A stretch of DNA of 64,000 bases from Nitrospirota bacterium (GCA_029858565.1 JAOUEV010000003.1:49967-113966), one strand, 5' to 3'. Numbered from the stretch's first letter, positions 30,265 through 42,201 are shown. Notes: generated by a model not told the origin, from the letters alone. Made by a program: numbers and translations.

Positions 30265-31422
30265 GTGAAGCGGATATCCATCCTCGGTTCCACCGGGTCC
30301 ATCGGAACGTCGACGCTCGCGGTCGCGGAGCAGTTCCCTGACCGGTTCAAGGTCGTTGCCATTGCCGGCGGGAACAACAGCGAACTGCTCGAAGCGCAGA
30401 TCAGGAAATTCCGGCCTTCCCTGGCGGCGATCGTGAGCGAACGGTCCGCTGCTGATCTCCGTGAACGGTGCAAAGACCTGCCGGTGCGCATCCTCTCGGG
30501 CGTCGAGGGCATGATCGCGGTCGCGGCAGCCGACGAGGCGGACATCACGGTCTCGGCCATCGTGGGGACCGCGGGGCTTGTGCCGACCATGGCCGCGGTC
30601 CAGGCGGGCAAGGATATCGCGCTGGCGAACAAGGAAGTGCTGGTCACGGCGGGCGAACTGGTCATGGAAGAATGCCGGACCCGCAACGTCCGCCTGTTCC
30701 CCGTGGACAGCGAGCACAGCGCCATATTCCAGAGCCTCCAGGCCGGTGAGCGGAAGGACGTGAAACGCCTGGTCCTCACGGCCTCGGGAGGCCCGTTCCG
30801 GAACCACTCTGCCGCGGACCTGGCAAAGGTGACGCTTCAGCAGGCCCTGAAGCACCCGAACTGGAACATGGGCAAGAAGATCACGATCGATTCCGCCACG
30901 CTCATGAACAAGGGGCTCGAGGTCATTGAGGCGCACTGGCTCTTTGGCGTGCGGCCCGAACAGATCAGCGTGCTGGTCCACGCACAGAGCATCATCCATT
31001 CGCTCGTGGAGTTCCAGGACGGCTCCGTGATCGCCCAGCTCGGCATGCCTGACATGAAGGGGCCCATTGCCTATGCGCTTTCGTGGCCCCACCGGCTTCC
31101 CGACGTTTCACCGGGCCTCGATCTGGCGTCGATAGCGACGCTCACCTTCAAGGAGCCGGACCTCGAACTCTTCCCGTGCCTGGGATACGCATACGACGCC
31201 ATCCGCACCGGCGGAAGCATGCCCGCGGTCCTGTCGGCGGCGAACGAGGTGGCGGTCAAGTATTTTCTGGAAGAGAAGATCGGGTACCATGACATCGCGA
31301 GGACGATCAAAGCGACCATGGACGCCCACCGCCCCGTGCAGTTCAAGACCGTGGAGGACGCGCTGAAAGCGGACCTCTGGGCACGGGGAGAAGCGGAGAA
31401 AATCATAGCAAGCAAGGATTAA
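30265..31422 (+). CDS. dxr: DXP reductoisomerase
   Basis: LGSTGSIG, LANKE, PVDSEH, WNMGKKITIDSATLMNKGLE. Confidence 0.97.
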   Translation: MKRISILGSTGSIGTSTLAVAEQFPDRFKVVAIAGGNNSELLEAQIRKFRPSLAAIVSERSAADLRERCKDLPVRILSGVEGMIAVAAADEADITVSAIVGTAGLVPTMAAVQAGKDIALANKEVLVTAGELVMEECRTRNVRLFPVDSEHSAIFQSLQAGERKDVKRLVLTASGGPFRNHSAADLAKVTLQQALKHPNWNMGKKITIDSATLMNKGLEVIEAHWLFGVRPEQISVLVHAQSIIHSLVEFQDGSVIAQLGMPDMKGPIAYALSWPHRLPDVSPGLDLASIATLTFKEPDLELFPCLGYAYDAIRTGGSMPAVLSAANEVAVKYFLEEKIGYHDIARTIKATMDAHRPVQFKTVEDALKADLWARGEAEKIIASKD

Positions 31423-31492
31423 AGGAGTAAAGGATTAATAGGATTAAGGTGATGTACCGGTAATCCTCGTAATCCTCTAATCCTGTAATCCT
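31414..31492. repeat. Inverted pair of AGGATTA tandem arrays
   Basis: AGGATTA-like units x4, then TAATCCT x4; a similar element lies at ~22477-22550. Confidence 0.75.
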
Positions 31493-31509
31493 GGTTTTCT
31501 GGAGGTTTC

Positions 31510-32793
31510 ATGACTTTAGTCTATTTTCTTATTGTGATCGGCATTCTCGTGTTCGTGCATGAGCTGGGACACTTCATCACCGCCAAGCGCGCAGGCGTGC
31601 GGGTGGAGAAGTTCTCGCTCGGCATGGGGCCGAAGCTTTTCGGATACAAGAAGGGCGACACGGAGTATGTGCTGTCCGCGCTGCCGCTGGGCGGGTACGT
31701 GAAGATGGCTGGCGAGAATCCCGATGAAGAACCGACCGGCGCGCCTGACGAGTTCCACTCCAAGACCGTATGGCAGCGCGCCAAGATCGCCGCGGCGGGG
31801 TCGCTCACGAACATCGTGCTCGCGTTCGTCCTGATGCCGCTGGTTTATATGGTCGGCACCTATGCCGAGGGACCTGCCAAGGTCGGATTCGTGGAAAAGG
31901 GTTCACCTGCCGCCAAGGCGGGATTCCTGGCCGGCGACGTGATCACCGAGATCAACAACCGGACCATTTCCGACTGGACCAAGGCGTTATCCCTCATAGC
32001 CGTGAATCCCGACACCGATGTGACCGTAACACTTGAGCGGGGGAGCGAGAAGAAGGTGCTGACGCTCAGACCGGAAGCGGCAACAGAGCTCAGGATCGGC
32101 ACCGCGGGTCTCATGCCGGACATGCCGGCCGAGATCGGCAGGCTGCGGTCAGGTTTGCCCGCTGAAAAGTCCGGCTTGAAGGTGAATGACAAGATCCTGG
32201 CTGTCGACAATGTCACGATCTACCACTGGAACCAGTTCTCCCTTGCGGTAAAGGAGAGCGGGGGCAAGGCGCTGAACCTCAGGATCGAGCGTGCGGGGAA
32301 ACGGCAGGATATGACCATTATCCCGGTCATGGATAGCGGAAGATACGTGATCGGTGTGGAGCCCTATATCCGCTATGTGTTCAAGAAGTTTGGCTTCTTC
32401 GAATCCATCCGGCTCGGATTCACCAAGACGCTCGAGACCGCGGACCTGACGTTCATCACCCTCAAGAAGCTCCTGTCCTTTGGACTTTCGATCAAGACCC
32501 TGGGCGGTCCGGTGATGATAGCCCAGATGTCCGGAGCTGCCGCAGCGGCCGGTCTTTCGGCCTTTATCGCCCTCATGGCGACCATCAGCCTGTCGCTCGG
32601 CATGCTGAACCTGCTTCCGATCCCGGTGCTGGACGGCGGCATGCTGCTGTTCCTGGCCATCGAGGCCGTGCGCAAGAAGCCCATGAGCCAACGGGTCATG
32701 GAAGTGAGCCAGGGGATCGGCGCCGCGCTCCTGATCACGCTGATCGCGGTGGTATCGTACAATGATGTGATGCGGTTGTTCTTCAATAAATAG
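31510..32793 (+). CDS. rseP: RIP metalloprotease RseP
   Basis: HELGH, PLGGYVKM, two PDZ domains, NLLPIPVLDGG. Confidence 0.95.
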   Translation: MTLVYFLIVIGILVFVHELGHFITAKRAGVRVEKFSLGMGPKLFGYKKGDTEYVLSALPLGGYVKMAGENPDEEPTGAPDEFHSKTVWQRAKIAAAGSLTNIVLAFVLMPLVYMVGTYAEGPAKVGFVEKGSPAAKAGFLAGDVITEINNRTISDWTKALSLIAVNPDTDVTVTLERGSEKKVLTLRPEAATELRIGTAGLMPDMPAEIGRLRSGLPAEKSGLKVNDKILAVDNVTIYHWNQFSLAVKESGGKALNLRIERAGKRQDMTIIPVMDSGRYVIGVEPYIRYVFKKFGFFESIRLGFTKTLETADLTFITLKKLLSFGLSIKTLGGPVMIAQMSGAAAAAGLSAFIALMATISLSLGMLNLLPIPVLDGGMLLFLAIEAVRKKPMSQRVMEVSQGIGAALLITLIAVVSYNDVMRLFFNK

Positions 32794-32799
32794 AGGCAG

Positions 32800-33888
32800 A
32801 TGAATCCCATTCCCCGAAAAAAAACCCGTCAGATCAGCGTAGGCCCGGTGAAGATCGGCTGGGGCGCGCCGGTGGTCGTGCAGTCCATGTGCAACACCGA
32901 CACGCGCGATGCCGCTGCCACGATCGGTCAGATCAACCGGCTGCAGGCGGTCGGGTGCGAGCTTGTGCGGCTTGCGGTCCCTGATGAGGATGCTGCACGG
33001 ACGCTCGGAAGGATCAAGCAGGGTACGACCATGCCGCTGATCGCGGACATTCACTTCAGCCATACGCTGGCTTTGGAAGCGATCAAGCAGGGCGTGGACG
33101 GGCTCAGGATCAATCCCGGGAACATCGGCGGCAAGGACAAAGTGAGCGAGGTCGTTGCAGCATGCAGGGACCGGAACATCCCGATCCGGATCGGCGTGAA
33201 CGCGGGCTCGCTGGAAAAACATCTGCTCGAAAAATACGGCCATCCCACGCCCGAGGCAATTGTTGAGAGCGCCTTCGGCCATATCCGCATCCTTGAAGAG
33301 CTTGATTATCAGAACATCAAGGTCTCGCTCAAGGCATCGGACGTGCTGACCACGGTTGAATCCTACCGGTTGTTCTCGAAACGATCCGATTATTCGGTGC
33401 ATATCGGCATTTCCGAGGCAGGCACACTTCACTCGGGAACGATCAAGTCCAGTGTCGGTCTGGGCATTCTCCTGTCCGAAGGCATCGGCGACACCATGCG
33501 GGTATCGCTTACGGCCGATCCGGTCGAGGAGGTCCGCGTTGCTTACGAGATCCTGAAGTCACTCAGGATCCGGCAGCGGGGCGTGAACATCATCTCCTGC
33601 CCCACCTGCGGCAGGACGGAGATCGATATTATCGGCCTGGCCGAGACCGTGGAAAAGCGGCTCAGCCATATCACCGAACCGCTCACCGTGGCGGTAATGG
33701 GCTGCGTGGTGAACGGGCCGGGCGAAGCGCGCGAGGCCGACATCGGCATCGCCGGCGGCAAGGGAACCGGTCTCCTGTTCAAGCATGGGGAGATCGTGAA
33801 GAAGTTCGATGAGAAGGAACTGGCGGATGTGCTGGTGAGGGAAGTGGAAAAGATCGTGAGGGAGAAAGAATCGTCTCGTTGTGATTGA
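32800..33888 (+). CDS. ispG: HMBPP synthase
   Basis: ADIHF, RINPGN, GIGDTMRVSLT, SCPTCGR, MGCVVNGPGE. Confidence 0.97.
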   Translation: MNPIPRKKTRQISVGPVKIGWGAPVVVQSMCNTDTRDAAATIGQINRLQAVGCELVRLAVPDEDAARTLGRIKQGTTMPLIADIHFSHTLALEAIKQGVDGLRINPGNIGGKDKVSEVVAACRDRNIPIRIGVNAGSLEKHLLEKYGHPTPEAIVESAFGHIRILEELDYQNIKVSLKASDVLTTVESYRLFSKRSDYSVHIGISEAGTLHSGTIKSSVGLGILLSEGIGDTMRVSLTADPVEEVRVAYEILKSLRIRQRGVNIISCPTCGRTEIDIIGLAETVEKRLSHITEPLTVAVMGCVVNGPGEAREADIGIAGGKGTGLLFKHGEIVKKFDEKELADVLVREVEKIVREKESSRCD

Positions 33889-33913
33889 CAGGAATCGGGG
33901 CAACTCGGATAAT
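33885..33913 (+). promoter_or_regulatory. Sigma70-type promoter of the MNT-HEPN module (probably leaderless)
   Basis: TTGACA-17 bp-GATAAT, 7 nt before ATG 33921, no SD. Confidence 0.6.
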
Positions 33914-33920
33914 AACTGCC

Positions 33921-34211
33921 ATGGGAATCGACGAACTTATAAAAGATAAACGAACTGAAATCCTCCGCATCGCCGAGAAGCACGGTGCCTACAATGTCCG
34001 TATTTTCGGGTCAGTAGCCCGCGGCGAAGCAGGCCCTGCCAGCGACATTGACATCCTGGTCGAGGTGGGGCAAAAGCATTCGTCCTTTTTCCCCGGCGGT
34101 CTTGTCGCTGATCTCGAAGAGCTCCTCGGCCGGCGTGTGGATGTGGTCACCGTGAAGGGATTGAACAAGTTTCTCCGCGATCGGGTGCTGAGGGAGGCTG
34201 TGGCGCTTTGA
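33921..34211 (+). CDS. Minimal nucleotidyltransferase (MntA-type antitoxin)
   Basis: IFGSVARGE...SDIDIL, LEELLGRRVDVVT. Confidence 0.9.
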   Translation: MGIDELIKDKRTEILRIAEKHGAYNVRIFGSVARGEAGPASDIDILVEVGQKHSSFFPGGLVADLEELLGRRVDVVTVKGLNKFLRDRVLREAVAL

Positions 34212-34412
34212 AGGACGATCGTATCTACCTTTAAACTCAAACACCCTGAAATCGATTGGAGAAACATCTCGGGATTTCGCAACGTAGTAGTTCACGACTA
34301 TCTCGGCATAGACGTTGAGCAAGTCTGGGATATTGTCGAACGTGATTTGCCGAAGCTGAATGCCGCGGTTAACGCAATGATCAGCGAATTAGGCGATCCT
34401 GCCACGAAGTAA
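34208..34412 (+). pseudogene. HEPN/DUF86 (HepT-type) toxin pseudogene with internal deletion
   Basis: TTG start MKDDRIYL then TAA at 34232; another frame continues HPEIDWRNISGFRNVVVHDYLGID...VWDIVERDLPKL to 34412. Confidence 0.85.
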
Positions 34413-34454
34413 AGCCATTCATTGATAATGAAATAAGCTGGAAGTGGAGGTTGT

Positions 34455-36149
<1,695 letters not shown>

Positions 36150-36198
36150 GGACGTGACACGTGATGCGTATGACGTGGAGCGTAAGGGGTACGGGGAA

Positions 36199-36453
36199 AT
36201 GCAGGAGCAGGACCTAGCGAAGATCAGAGCAATCATAGAAGAGCGGAACGTCCGTTATGCTCCCAAGGGAGGCAGCGTTACCCTTGCGGGTATCGAGGGC
36301 GGGACCGTGAAGATCGCGCCTGCGGGATTCTGCTGGCGGTGACATGTGACCCGTATAGCCCTGGTCGAGGGCTTGCAGGAAAAGTTGAAAAAGGAGTTTC
36401 CCTGGGTTGAACAGGTCATTGTGATCAACCTGGATAAGACAAAAAAAGCTTGA
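36199..36453 (+). CDS. NifU C-terminal-domain protein with in-frame UGA (putative CxxU selenoprotein, 84 aa)
   Basis: GGSVTL...GTVKI...GFCWR[TGA 36340-42]HVTRIALVEGLQEKLKKEFPWVEQV aligns with NifU GG..G.CxxC...T....G.E..L....P.V..V. Confidence 0.75.
36357..36373 (+). promoter_or_regulatory. Candidate bacterial SECIS hairpin
   Basis: AGCCCT-GGTCG-AGGGCT; G-initiated loop begins 21 nt after the UGA. Confidence 0.6.
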
Positions 36454-36478
36454 ATTTCAAGGACAAAGTTCCTATAAT
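36450..36478 (+). promoter_or_regulatory. Sigma70-type promoter
   Basis: TTGAAT-17 bp-TATAAT upstream of ORF 36508. Confidence 0.6.
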
Positions 36479-36507
36479 TAAATTCGTCATCGGAGGGAGC
36501 GCAACCC

Positions 36508-36735
36508 ATGGACGAGTCTATCAAGATCTCGCTTACGCCCCAGCAGAGCGCGGAGATCAAGAAACAGATCGGATTCGAACTTACCGAGATATACCTCACC
36601 AAACGTTCACTGAACAAGCTTCGTGTCTTCCGGCTGCGCCTGAGCGAGGAACAGCAGGAGCAGATCACCGAGGCTTGGGGTCAAAAGGTGAAAGAATTGA
36701 CCGTGACCCGCTCAGTCGCCACCCGGATAATGTAA
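36508..36735 (+). CDS. Small hypothetical protein with two-fold internal repeat
   Basis: GGAGG RBS and own promoter; ISLTPQQSAEIKKQIGFELTEI vs LRLSEEQQEQITEAWGQKVKEL. Confidence 0.7.
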   Translation: MDESIKISLTPQQSAEIKKQIGFELTEIYLTKRSLNKLRVFRLRLSEEQQEQITEAWGQKVKELTVTRSVATRIM

Positions 36736-36814
36736 TTGAGAGAATGATCGCGCCGCGCAAGGGGCGCGCAGGTTTATTGTTGGTCCAGACCGAATGCGAA
36801 GGGAGGTGATTCCT

Positions 36815-37015
36815 GTGAAAAAGGCATTTTCGCTCCTGCTTTCATTGGTTATTGTTGCTACATTTGTCATGATCGGCTGTGAGAAGAAGCCCGAACCCCC
36901 GAAGCCGGCCCCGGCTCCGGCGGTAACGCCTCCTCCACCGCCCCCGGCTCCGGCACCTGCTCCGGCTCCCGCGCCGAAGCCTGCCCCGGCCCCCGCAAAA
37001 CCGGCAAAGAAGTAG
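36815..37015 (+). CDS. Small Pro/Ala-rich lipoprotein
   Basis: GGAGGTGA RBS, GTG start, MKKAFSLLLSLVIVATFVMIG-C lipobox, PAPAP tail. Confidence 0.8.
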   Translation: MKKAFSLLLSLVIVATFVMIGCEKKPEPPKPAPAPAVTPPPPPPAPAPAPAPAPKPAPAPAKPAKK

Positions 37016-37050
37016 CGGTCCGCGGGATGTACAGTATGGCGATCAGCTCA

Positions 37051-37077
37051 AGGCCCCCATATGGGGGCCTTTTCTTT
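37051..37077 (+). terminator. Rho-independent terminator
   Basis: AGGCCCCC-ATAT-GGGGGCCT followed by TTTCTTT. Confidence 0.85.
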
Positions 37078-37197
37078 CGATGGTGTCGGTGGGAGTCCGA
37101 CTTGGAAGCAGTGGAAACCGGGATGCCGGAGGGTGTGATGCTCCGGGACCACGGTGTCCCTTGCTGGCAGTCTCTACGCGAACGTGCGGGAATCCCT

Positions 37198-38994
37198 ATG
37201 AACAAACTGACAACGGACATTCTGTGCGATATCCTGCTCAAAGCCAAGGAGATCACGGCCGAACAGGCGCGGGAGATCAAGCTCAAACAGGACCATCAGC
37301 GCATGAAGATCCTGCGCTCCCGGGGCGAATCGGTCCACCGCGGCAGGGTGCATCTCGAGGAGGAGGTGTCGGCCATCGAGGTCGCGGCATCCTTTGAATT
37401 TCCGTCAGCGGCTGCAGCAGGAAGGGTGCTGAACGAGGACACGGTGACCGAGATCGTGGCTCGCCACGCGGGCCTGCCCTTTCGCAAGATCGACCCCCTG
37501 AAGCTCAATCCGGAGATAATCACCCAGATCCTGTCCCGGGCGTTCGCCCGAAAGAACACCGCCGTTCCCATCGAGCGGACCGACGACCAGCTCGTTGTTG
37601 CCGTCGCCGATCCCTACAACCTCGAAGTGGTCGAGAACATCGGGCGCATGGGCTACAAGGTGGCGCGTGTCATGTCGCCCAAATCGGACCTGGTCAAGAT
37701 CATCACCGAGTTCTACGGATTCCGTTCGTCGGTGAGCGCCGCCGCCAAGGAGATCTCCGGCGAGGTGGACCTGGGAAACCTCGAGCAGTTCGTCAAGATG
37801 AAGGCCGTGTCCGAGATCGAGGCCACGGACAAGCATATCGTGAACGCCGTGGAGTTCCTGTTCCGGTACGCTTTTGACCAGCGGGCAAGCGACATCCACA
37901 TCGAGCCAAAACGGGAGACCTCGGAAGTGCGCCTCCGGATCGACGGAATGCTCCATTCGATCCACAAAGTGCCCCGCCAGATCCACCCGGCGCTCGTTTC
38001 CCGCGTCAAAATGCTGTCGCGCATGGATATCGCCGAGAAGCGCAGGCCCCAGGACGGACGCATCAAGACCGAGTACAAGGGCAGGGAGGTCGAGCTTCGC
38101 GTGTCGACCATGCCGGTCGCGTTCGGCGAGAAGGTCGTGGTCAGGATCTTCGATCCCGATGTGCTGCTCCAGGACCTGGAAGAGCTGGGATTCGCGCCCC
38201 GGGAATATGAGCTTTTCCGTTCGTTCATTGCCCGGCCCCACGGCATCGTGCTGGTGACCGGGCCGACGGGAAGCGGCAAGACCACGACGCTCTACTCGGC
38301 GCTCAAGACCATTGCCGTGCCGGAAGTGAACGTGGTCACCATCGAGGACCCGATCGAAATGGTCCATGACCGGTTCAACCAGGTGGCGGTCCAGCCCCAG
38401 ATCGGGGTGACCTTCGGCAGCACGCTCAGGACGATCCTCCGCCAGGACCCGGACATCATCATGGTGGGCGAGATCCGGGACCTGGAAACCGCAGAGAACG
38501 CGGTGCAGGCAGCCCTGACCGGCCACCTGGTGTTCTCCACGCTGCATACGAACGACGCGGCGAGCGCTGTGACACGGCTCCTGGACCTCGGTCTCCCCGC
38601 CTATCTGATAGCATCGACCGTGATCGGGATCATGGCCCAGCGGCTGGTCCGCAAGGTGTGCAAACATTGCGAGCGGACCTATGAGCTGCTGCCCGAGGAG
38701 GCTGAAGCGGTCGGGCTCACGTCGGACTCGCGCAAGCCGGTGACGGTGAAATACGGCGAAGGATGCGCGCAGTGCCGGGGAACGGGCTACCTGGGCAGAA
38801 GCGGCATCTACGAAGTCATGGAAGTGAACGAGAAAGTACGCCCGCTCATCACCGAGAAGGTGGATGCAGACCGCATTAAAAAGACCGCTGTCGGCGACGG
38901 CATGGTTACCCTGCGCGCGGCGGCGGTGCACAAGATGATTGAGGGTGAGACCACCTTTGACGAGGTCATCCGGGTAACAGGGGAGAAGATTTGA
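37198..38994 (+). CDS. GspE/PilB family secretion ATPase
   Basis: ASDIHIEP, PQDGRI, GPTGSGKTTTLY, LRQDPD, STLHTN, tetracysteine motif. Confidence 0.93.
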   Translation: MNKLTTDILCDILLKAKEITAEQAREIKLKQDHQRMKILRSRGESVHRGRVHLEEEVSAIEVAASFEFPSAAAAGRVLNEDTVTEIVARHAGLPFRKIDPLKLNPEIITQILSRAFARKNTAVPIERTDDQLVVAVADPYNLEVVENIGRMGYKVARVMSPKSDLVKIITEFYGFRSSVSAAAKEISGEVDLGNLEQFVKMKAVSEIEATDKHIVNAVEFLFRYAFDQRASDIHIEPKRETSEVRLRIDGMLHSIHKVPRQIHPALVSRVKMLSRMDIAEKRRPQDGRIKTEYKGREVELRVSTMPVAFGEKVVVRIFDPDVLLQDLEELGFAPREYELFRSFIARPHGIVLVTGPTGSGKTTTLYSALKTIAVPEVNVVTIEDPIEMVHDRFNQVAVQPQIGVTFGSTLRTILRQDPDIIMVGEIRDLETAENAVQAALTGHLVFSTLHTNDAASAVTRLLDLGLPAYLIASTVIGIMAQRLVRKVCKHCERTYELLPEEAEAVGLTSDSRKPVTVKYGEGCAQCRGTGYLGRSGIYEVMEVNEKVRPLITEKVDADRIKKTAVGDGMVTLRAAAVHKMIEGETTFDEVIRVTGEKI

Positions 38995-39076
38995 GAAGCG
39001 TGAGGCGTAAGTGGTAAGGGGTAAGGGGTAAACAGGATCGACCCCCCGCAGCTCGGCAGGATCGACCGTATAATTT

Positions 39077-40360
39077 ATGATTGAATCTTTGATCTCAGCC
39101 CTTTCCGGCCAATGGCCGATGCTCGCCGGGGCGTTCGCGAGCGTTCTGCTCGCGGCGTTCTTCGCTGCGTCGGAAACGGCCATGCTTTTCGCGAACAAGG
39201 CGCGCCTGCACCAGCTGGCCGAACAGGGAAATACGCGGGCGGACGCCGCACTGAAGCTTTCCCACGAACGGAACAATCTGCACAGCACTCTCCTGCTGAT
39301 CGAGAATTTCTTCCTCGTCCTCTCCGTTGTGCTGGCAACCGCGGTGCTGCTCCGCATCTTTGCCGGGAAACTGTCAGCGGTCGCCCTGACAGCGGTCACC
39401 ATGAGCCTCATTATCGTCCTGTTCGCGAAACTGGCGCCCAAGGGACTTGCGTCGCGCGACCCCGACCGGCTCGCGCTGGCTGTTGCCTATCCCATGCTCC
39501 TGCTGGTGAAGCTGGTCGCGCCGGTCTCGGGAGTTGTCGCGGCGACCGCGGAATTCTTTGCCGGGCCCGCTTCCGCGAGGCCGCTGTCCTGCACCGCCGT
39601 AGTGACGGAAGAGGACATCAAGGCAATGATCAATCTCGGCGAGGAAGAGGGCGCCCTCAAAGAGGAGGAGAAGGAACTGCTGCACAAGGTCTTCGAGTTC
39701 GGTGATACGCTGGCGGTGGAAGCCATGCGGCCGAGGACCGAGATCGTCAGCGTGCCCACGGCGGCGACGGTCCATCAGGTACTGTCGCTGGTGTCCCAGT
39801 ACGGCTACTCCCGGTACCCGGTGATCGATAAGTCCGTCGACTCCGTGGTCGGCATCCTCTATATCAAGGACATCCTGGTCGCCATGGCCGAGGACGATGT
39901 CAAGCGCGAGGACCCGATCCAGCCGTTCATACGCCAGGCTTACTTCATTCCCGGGAACAAGCGGGTGAGCGAACTGCTGACCGAAATGCAGCGGGACAAG
40001 TTCCAGATCGCGATCGTCATCGACGAGTTCGGGGGGACCGCGGGACTGGTGACCCTGGAGGACCTGATCGAGGAGATCGTGGGGAGCATCCATGACGAGC
40101 TGGATGCCGTGGACAGGGACGTGCAGATCGTTGACGAGAAGAACCTGGTGGTGGCGGGCCAGTCAGCGATCGACGAGGTGAACGAGCTTCTGGGCTCGCA
40201 ACTGCAGTCCAAGGATTTCAACACCATCGGAGGCCTGTTGTTCGGGCTCTTCGGCAGAATGCCGCGGGTAGGCGAGCAGCTCCGGTACAAGGACCTTAAA
40301 TTCGAGGTCCTGGAGCTGGACGGAAGGAAGATCGATAAGATCAAGATAACGAAACTGTAA
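39077..40360 (+). CDS. CNNM/CorC (hemolysin-family) CBS-domain transporter
   Basis: FFAASETA (DUF21), YSRYPV, DEFGGTAGLVTLEDLIEEIVG. Confidence 0.9.
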   Translation: MIESLISALSGQWPMLAGAFASVLLAAFFAASETAMLFANKARLHQLAEQGNTRADAALKLSHERNNLHSTLLLIENFFLVLSVVLATAVLLRIFAGKLSAVALTAVTMSLIIVLFAKLAPKGLASRDPDRLALAVAYPMLLLVKLVAPVSGVVAATAEFFAGPASARPLSCTAVVTEEDIKAMINLGEEEGALKEEEKELLHKVFEFGDTLAVEAMRPRTEIVSVPTAATVHQVLSLVSQYGYSRYPVIDKSVDSVVGILYIKDILVAMAEDDVKREDPIQPFIRQAYFIPGNKRVSELLTEMQRDKFQIAIVIDEFGGTAGLVTLEDLIEEIVGSIHDELDAVDRDVQIVDEKNLVVAGQSAIDEVNELLGSQLQSKDFNTIGGLLFGLFGRMPRVGEQLRYKDLKFEVLELDGRKIDKIKITKL

Positions 40361-40362
40361 TC

Positions 40363-40437
40363 GAGAGTGACGAGTGACAAGAGACGAGATACGAGAAGAA
40401 GGCAAGGCTTCTCGCTTGTCACTTGTCTCTTGTCGCT
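40363..40437. repeat. Inverted pair of heptamer arrays (AGTGACG-like)
   Basis: GAGTGACGAGTGACAAGAGACGAG pairs with CTCGCTTGTCACTTGTCTCTTGTCGC; same unit at ~12091-12117. Confidence 0.7.
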
Positions 40438-40456
40438 GAATTTACGGAGGTAGACT

Positions 40457-41380
40457 GTGCGGAAGAAAGTGACTATTGCAGGAGCAGGGAATGTGGGCGC
40501 CACGCTGGCGCAGCGGATCACCGAACGGGACCTGGTGGATGTGGTGATGATCGACGTGACCGAGGGCGTGCCGCAGGGCAAGGCGCTTGATCTGCTGGAA
40601 GCGGGCCCGGTGCTGGGGTACGACACCTGCGTCACCGGGACCAATAACTATGACGACACGGCGAATTCCGACATGATCGTGATCACCGCAGGCCTGGCGC
40701 GGAAGCCCGGCATGAGCCGTGACGACCTGCTTGCCGCGAACGCGGGCATCGTGAAGGAGGTGGCCGCAGAGACCGCGAAGCGGTCGCCGAACGCGGTCAT
40801 GATCGTGGTGACCAATCCCATGGATGTGATGGCCTTTGTGGCCATGCAGGCCAGCGGATTCCCCAAGGAGCGGGTGATCGGTATGGGCGGGGTGCTCGAT
40901 TCCGCCCGCTTCCGGACCTTCATTGCCACGGAGCTTGCCGTATCCGTCGAGAACGTGCATGCTTTTGTAATGGGCGGCCACGGGGATACCATGGTGCCGC
41001 TGCCGCGCTATTCCTCGGTGGCGGGGATCCCGCTTCCGGAACTGCTTCCGGCGGACCGGATCAACGCGCTTGTCGAGCGGACCCGGAACGGCGGCGCCGA
41101 GATCGTGGCACTGCTCAAAACCGGCAGCGCCTACTACGCGCCCTCTGTCGCGACCCTGGAAATGATGGAGTCGATCCTCCAGGACAAGAAAAAGATCCTT
41201 CCCTGCTCCGTGCGGCTCGACGGCGAATACGGCGTGAACGGCGTTTTTGCCGGCGTGCCGGTGAAGCTGGGCGCGAAGGGCATCGAACAGATCATCGAGG
41301 TCAAGCTGAACGCTGATGAGAAAGCTGCGTTCATGAAGTCCGTGGAGGCGGTGCGGTCAGGATGCGCGAAATTCACGTAG
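40457..41380 (+). CDS. mdh: Malate dehydrogenase (LDH-like)
   Basis: [33 protein letters not shown]. Confidence 0.96.
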   Translation: MRKKVTIAGAGNVGATLAQRITERDLVDVVMIDVTEGVPQGKALDLLEAGPVLGYDTCVTGTNNYDDTANSDMIVITAGLARKPGMSRDDLLAANAGIVKEVAAETAKRSPNAVMIVVTNPMDVMAFVAMQASGFPKERVIGMGGVLDSARFRTFIATELAVSVENVHAFVMGGHGDTMVPLPRYSSVAGIPLPELLPADRINALVERTRNGGAEIVALLKTGSAYYAPSVATLEMMESILQDKKKILPCSVRLDGEYGVNGVFAGVPVKLGAKGIEQIIEVKLNADEKAAFMKSVEAVRSGCAKFT

Positions 41381-42201
41381 AAGAGATCCGCGACAATGTC
41401 GCGCGCATGTGCGTCGAGGCGTCCTGCGACCTCTCCGAGGATGTGGAGACCGCTTTTGACCGGGCGCTCGAAGCGGAGACCGCGCCGACAGGCAGGGAGA
41501 TCATCGGCCTCCTGAAGGAGAACGCGCGGATCGCCCGGGAGGACCGCATCCCGATCTGCCAGGACACGGGTATTGCCGTGTTCTTTGTCGAGATCGGACA
41601 GGACCTGAGGATCAAGAACGGTTTCATCACCGACGCGATCAACGAAGGGGTCCGGAAGGGCTATAGGGAAGGATATCTCCGCAAGTCCGTTGTCGAACCC
41701 CTGACGCGCAAGAACACCGGGGACAATACGCCGGCGGTCGTCTACACGGAACTGGTGCCCGGGGACAGGCTCAGGATATCCTTCATGCCCAAGGGCGCGG
41801 GAAGCGAGAATATGAGCGCCATCCGCATGCTGCGGCCGACCGACGGCGTGGAGGGCATAAAGGAATTCGTGGTCGAATGCGTCAGGAACGCAGGGGCCAA
41901 TCCCTGTCCTCCTATTGTTGTCGGCGTCGGCATCGGCGGGACCTTTGAGAAAGCGGCGCTTCTGGCGAAAAAATCGCTTCTCCGATCCATCGGGAGCCCG
42001 AATTTGAAACTTGAGCTGGCTTCCCTGGAAGAGGAACTGCTGAAGGCGGTGAACCGGACCGGCATCGGACCCGAGGGCCTTGGCGGCAGGGTAACAGCAA
42101 TGGCGGTTCACGTGGAGACCTTCCCCTGTCATATCGCGAGCCTGCCGGTGGCGGTGAACATCAACTGCCACGCGGCGAGACATAAAACAATAATTCTTTA
42201 A
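41362..42201 (+). CDS. Class I Fe-S fumarate hydratase alpha subunit
   Basis: PICQDTG, KGAGSEN, NPCPP, CHAARH. Confidence 0.92.
   Translation: MREIHVEEIRDNVARMCVEASCDLSEDVETAFDRALEAETAPTGREIIGLLKENARIAREDRIPICQDTGIAVFFVEIGQDLRIKNGFITDAINEGVRKGYREGYLRKSVVEPLTRKNTGDNTPAVVYTELVPGDRLRISFMPKGAGSENMSAIRMLRPTDGVEGIKEFVVECVRNAGANPCPPIVVGVGIGGTFEKAALLAKKSLLRSIGSPNLKLELASLEEELLKAVNRTGIGPEGLGGRVTAMAVHVETFPCHIASLPVAVNINCHAARHKTIIL

Noticed and set aside
36154-36342. 62-aa ORF as listed in the track
   Set aside because: The N-terminus is repeat-derived and the stop is better explained as a recoded UGA; replaced by 36199-36453.
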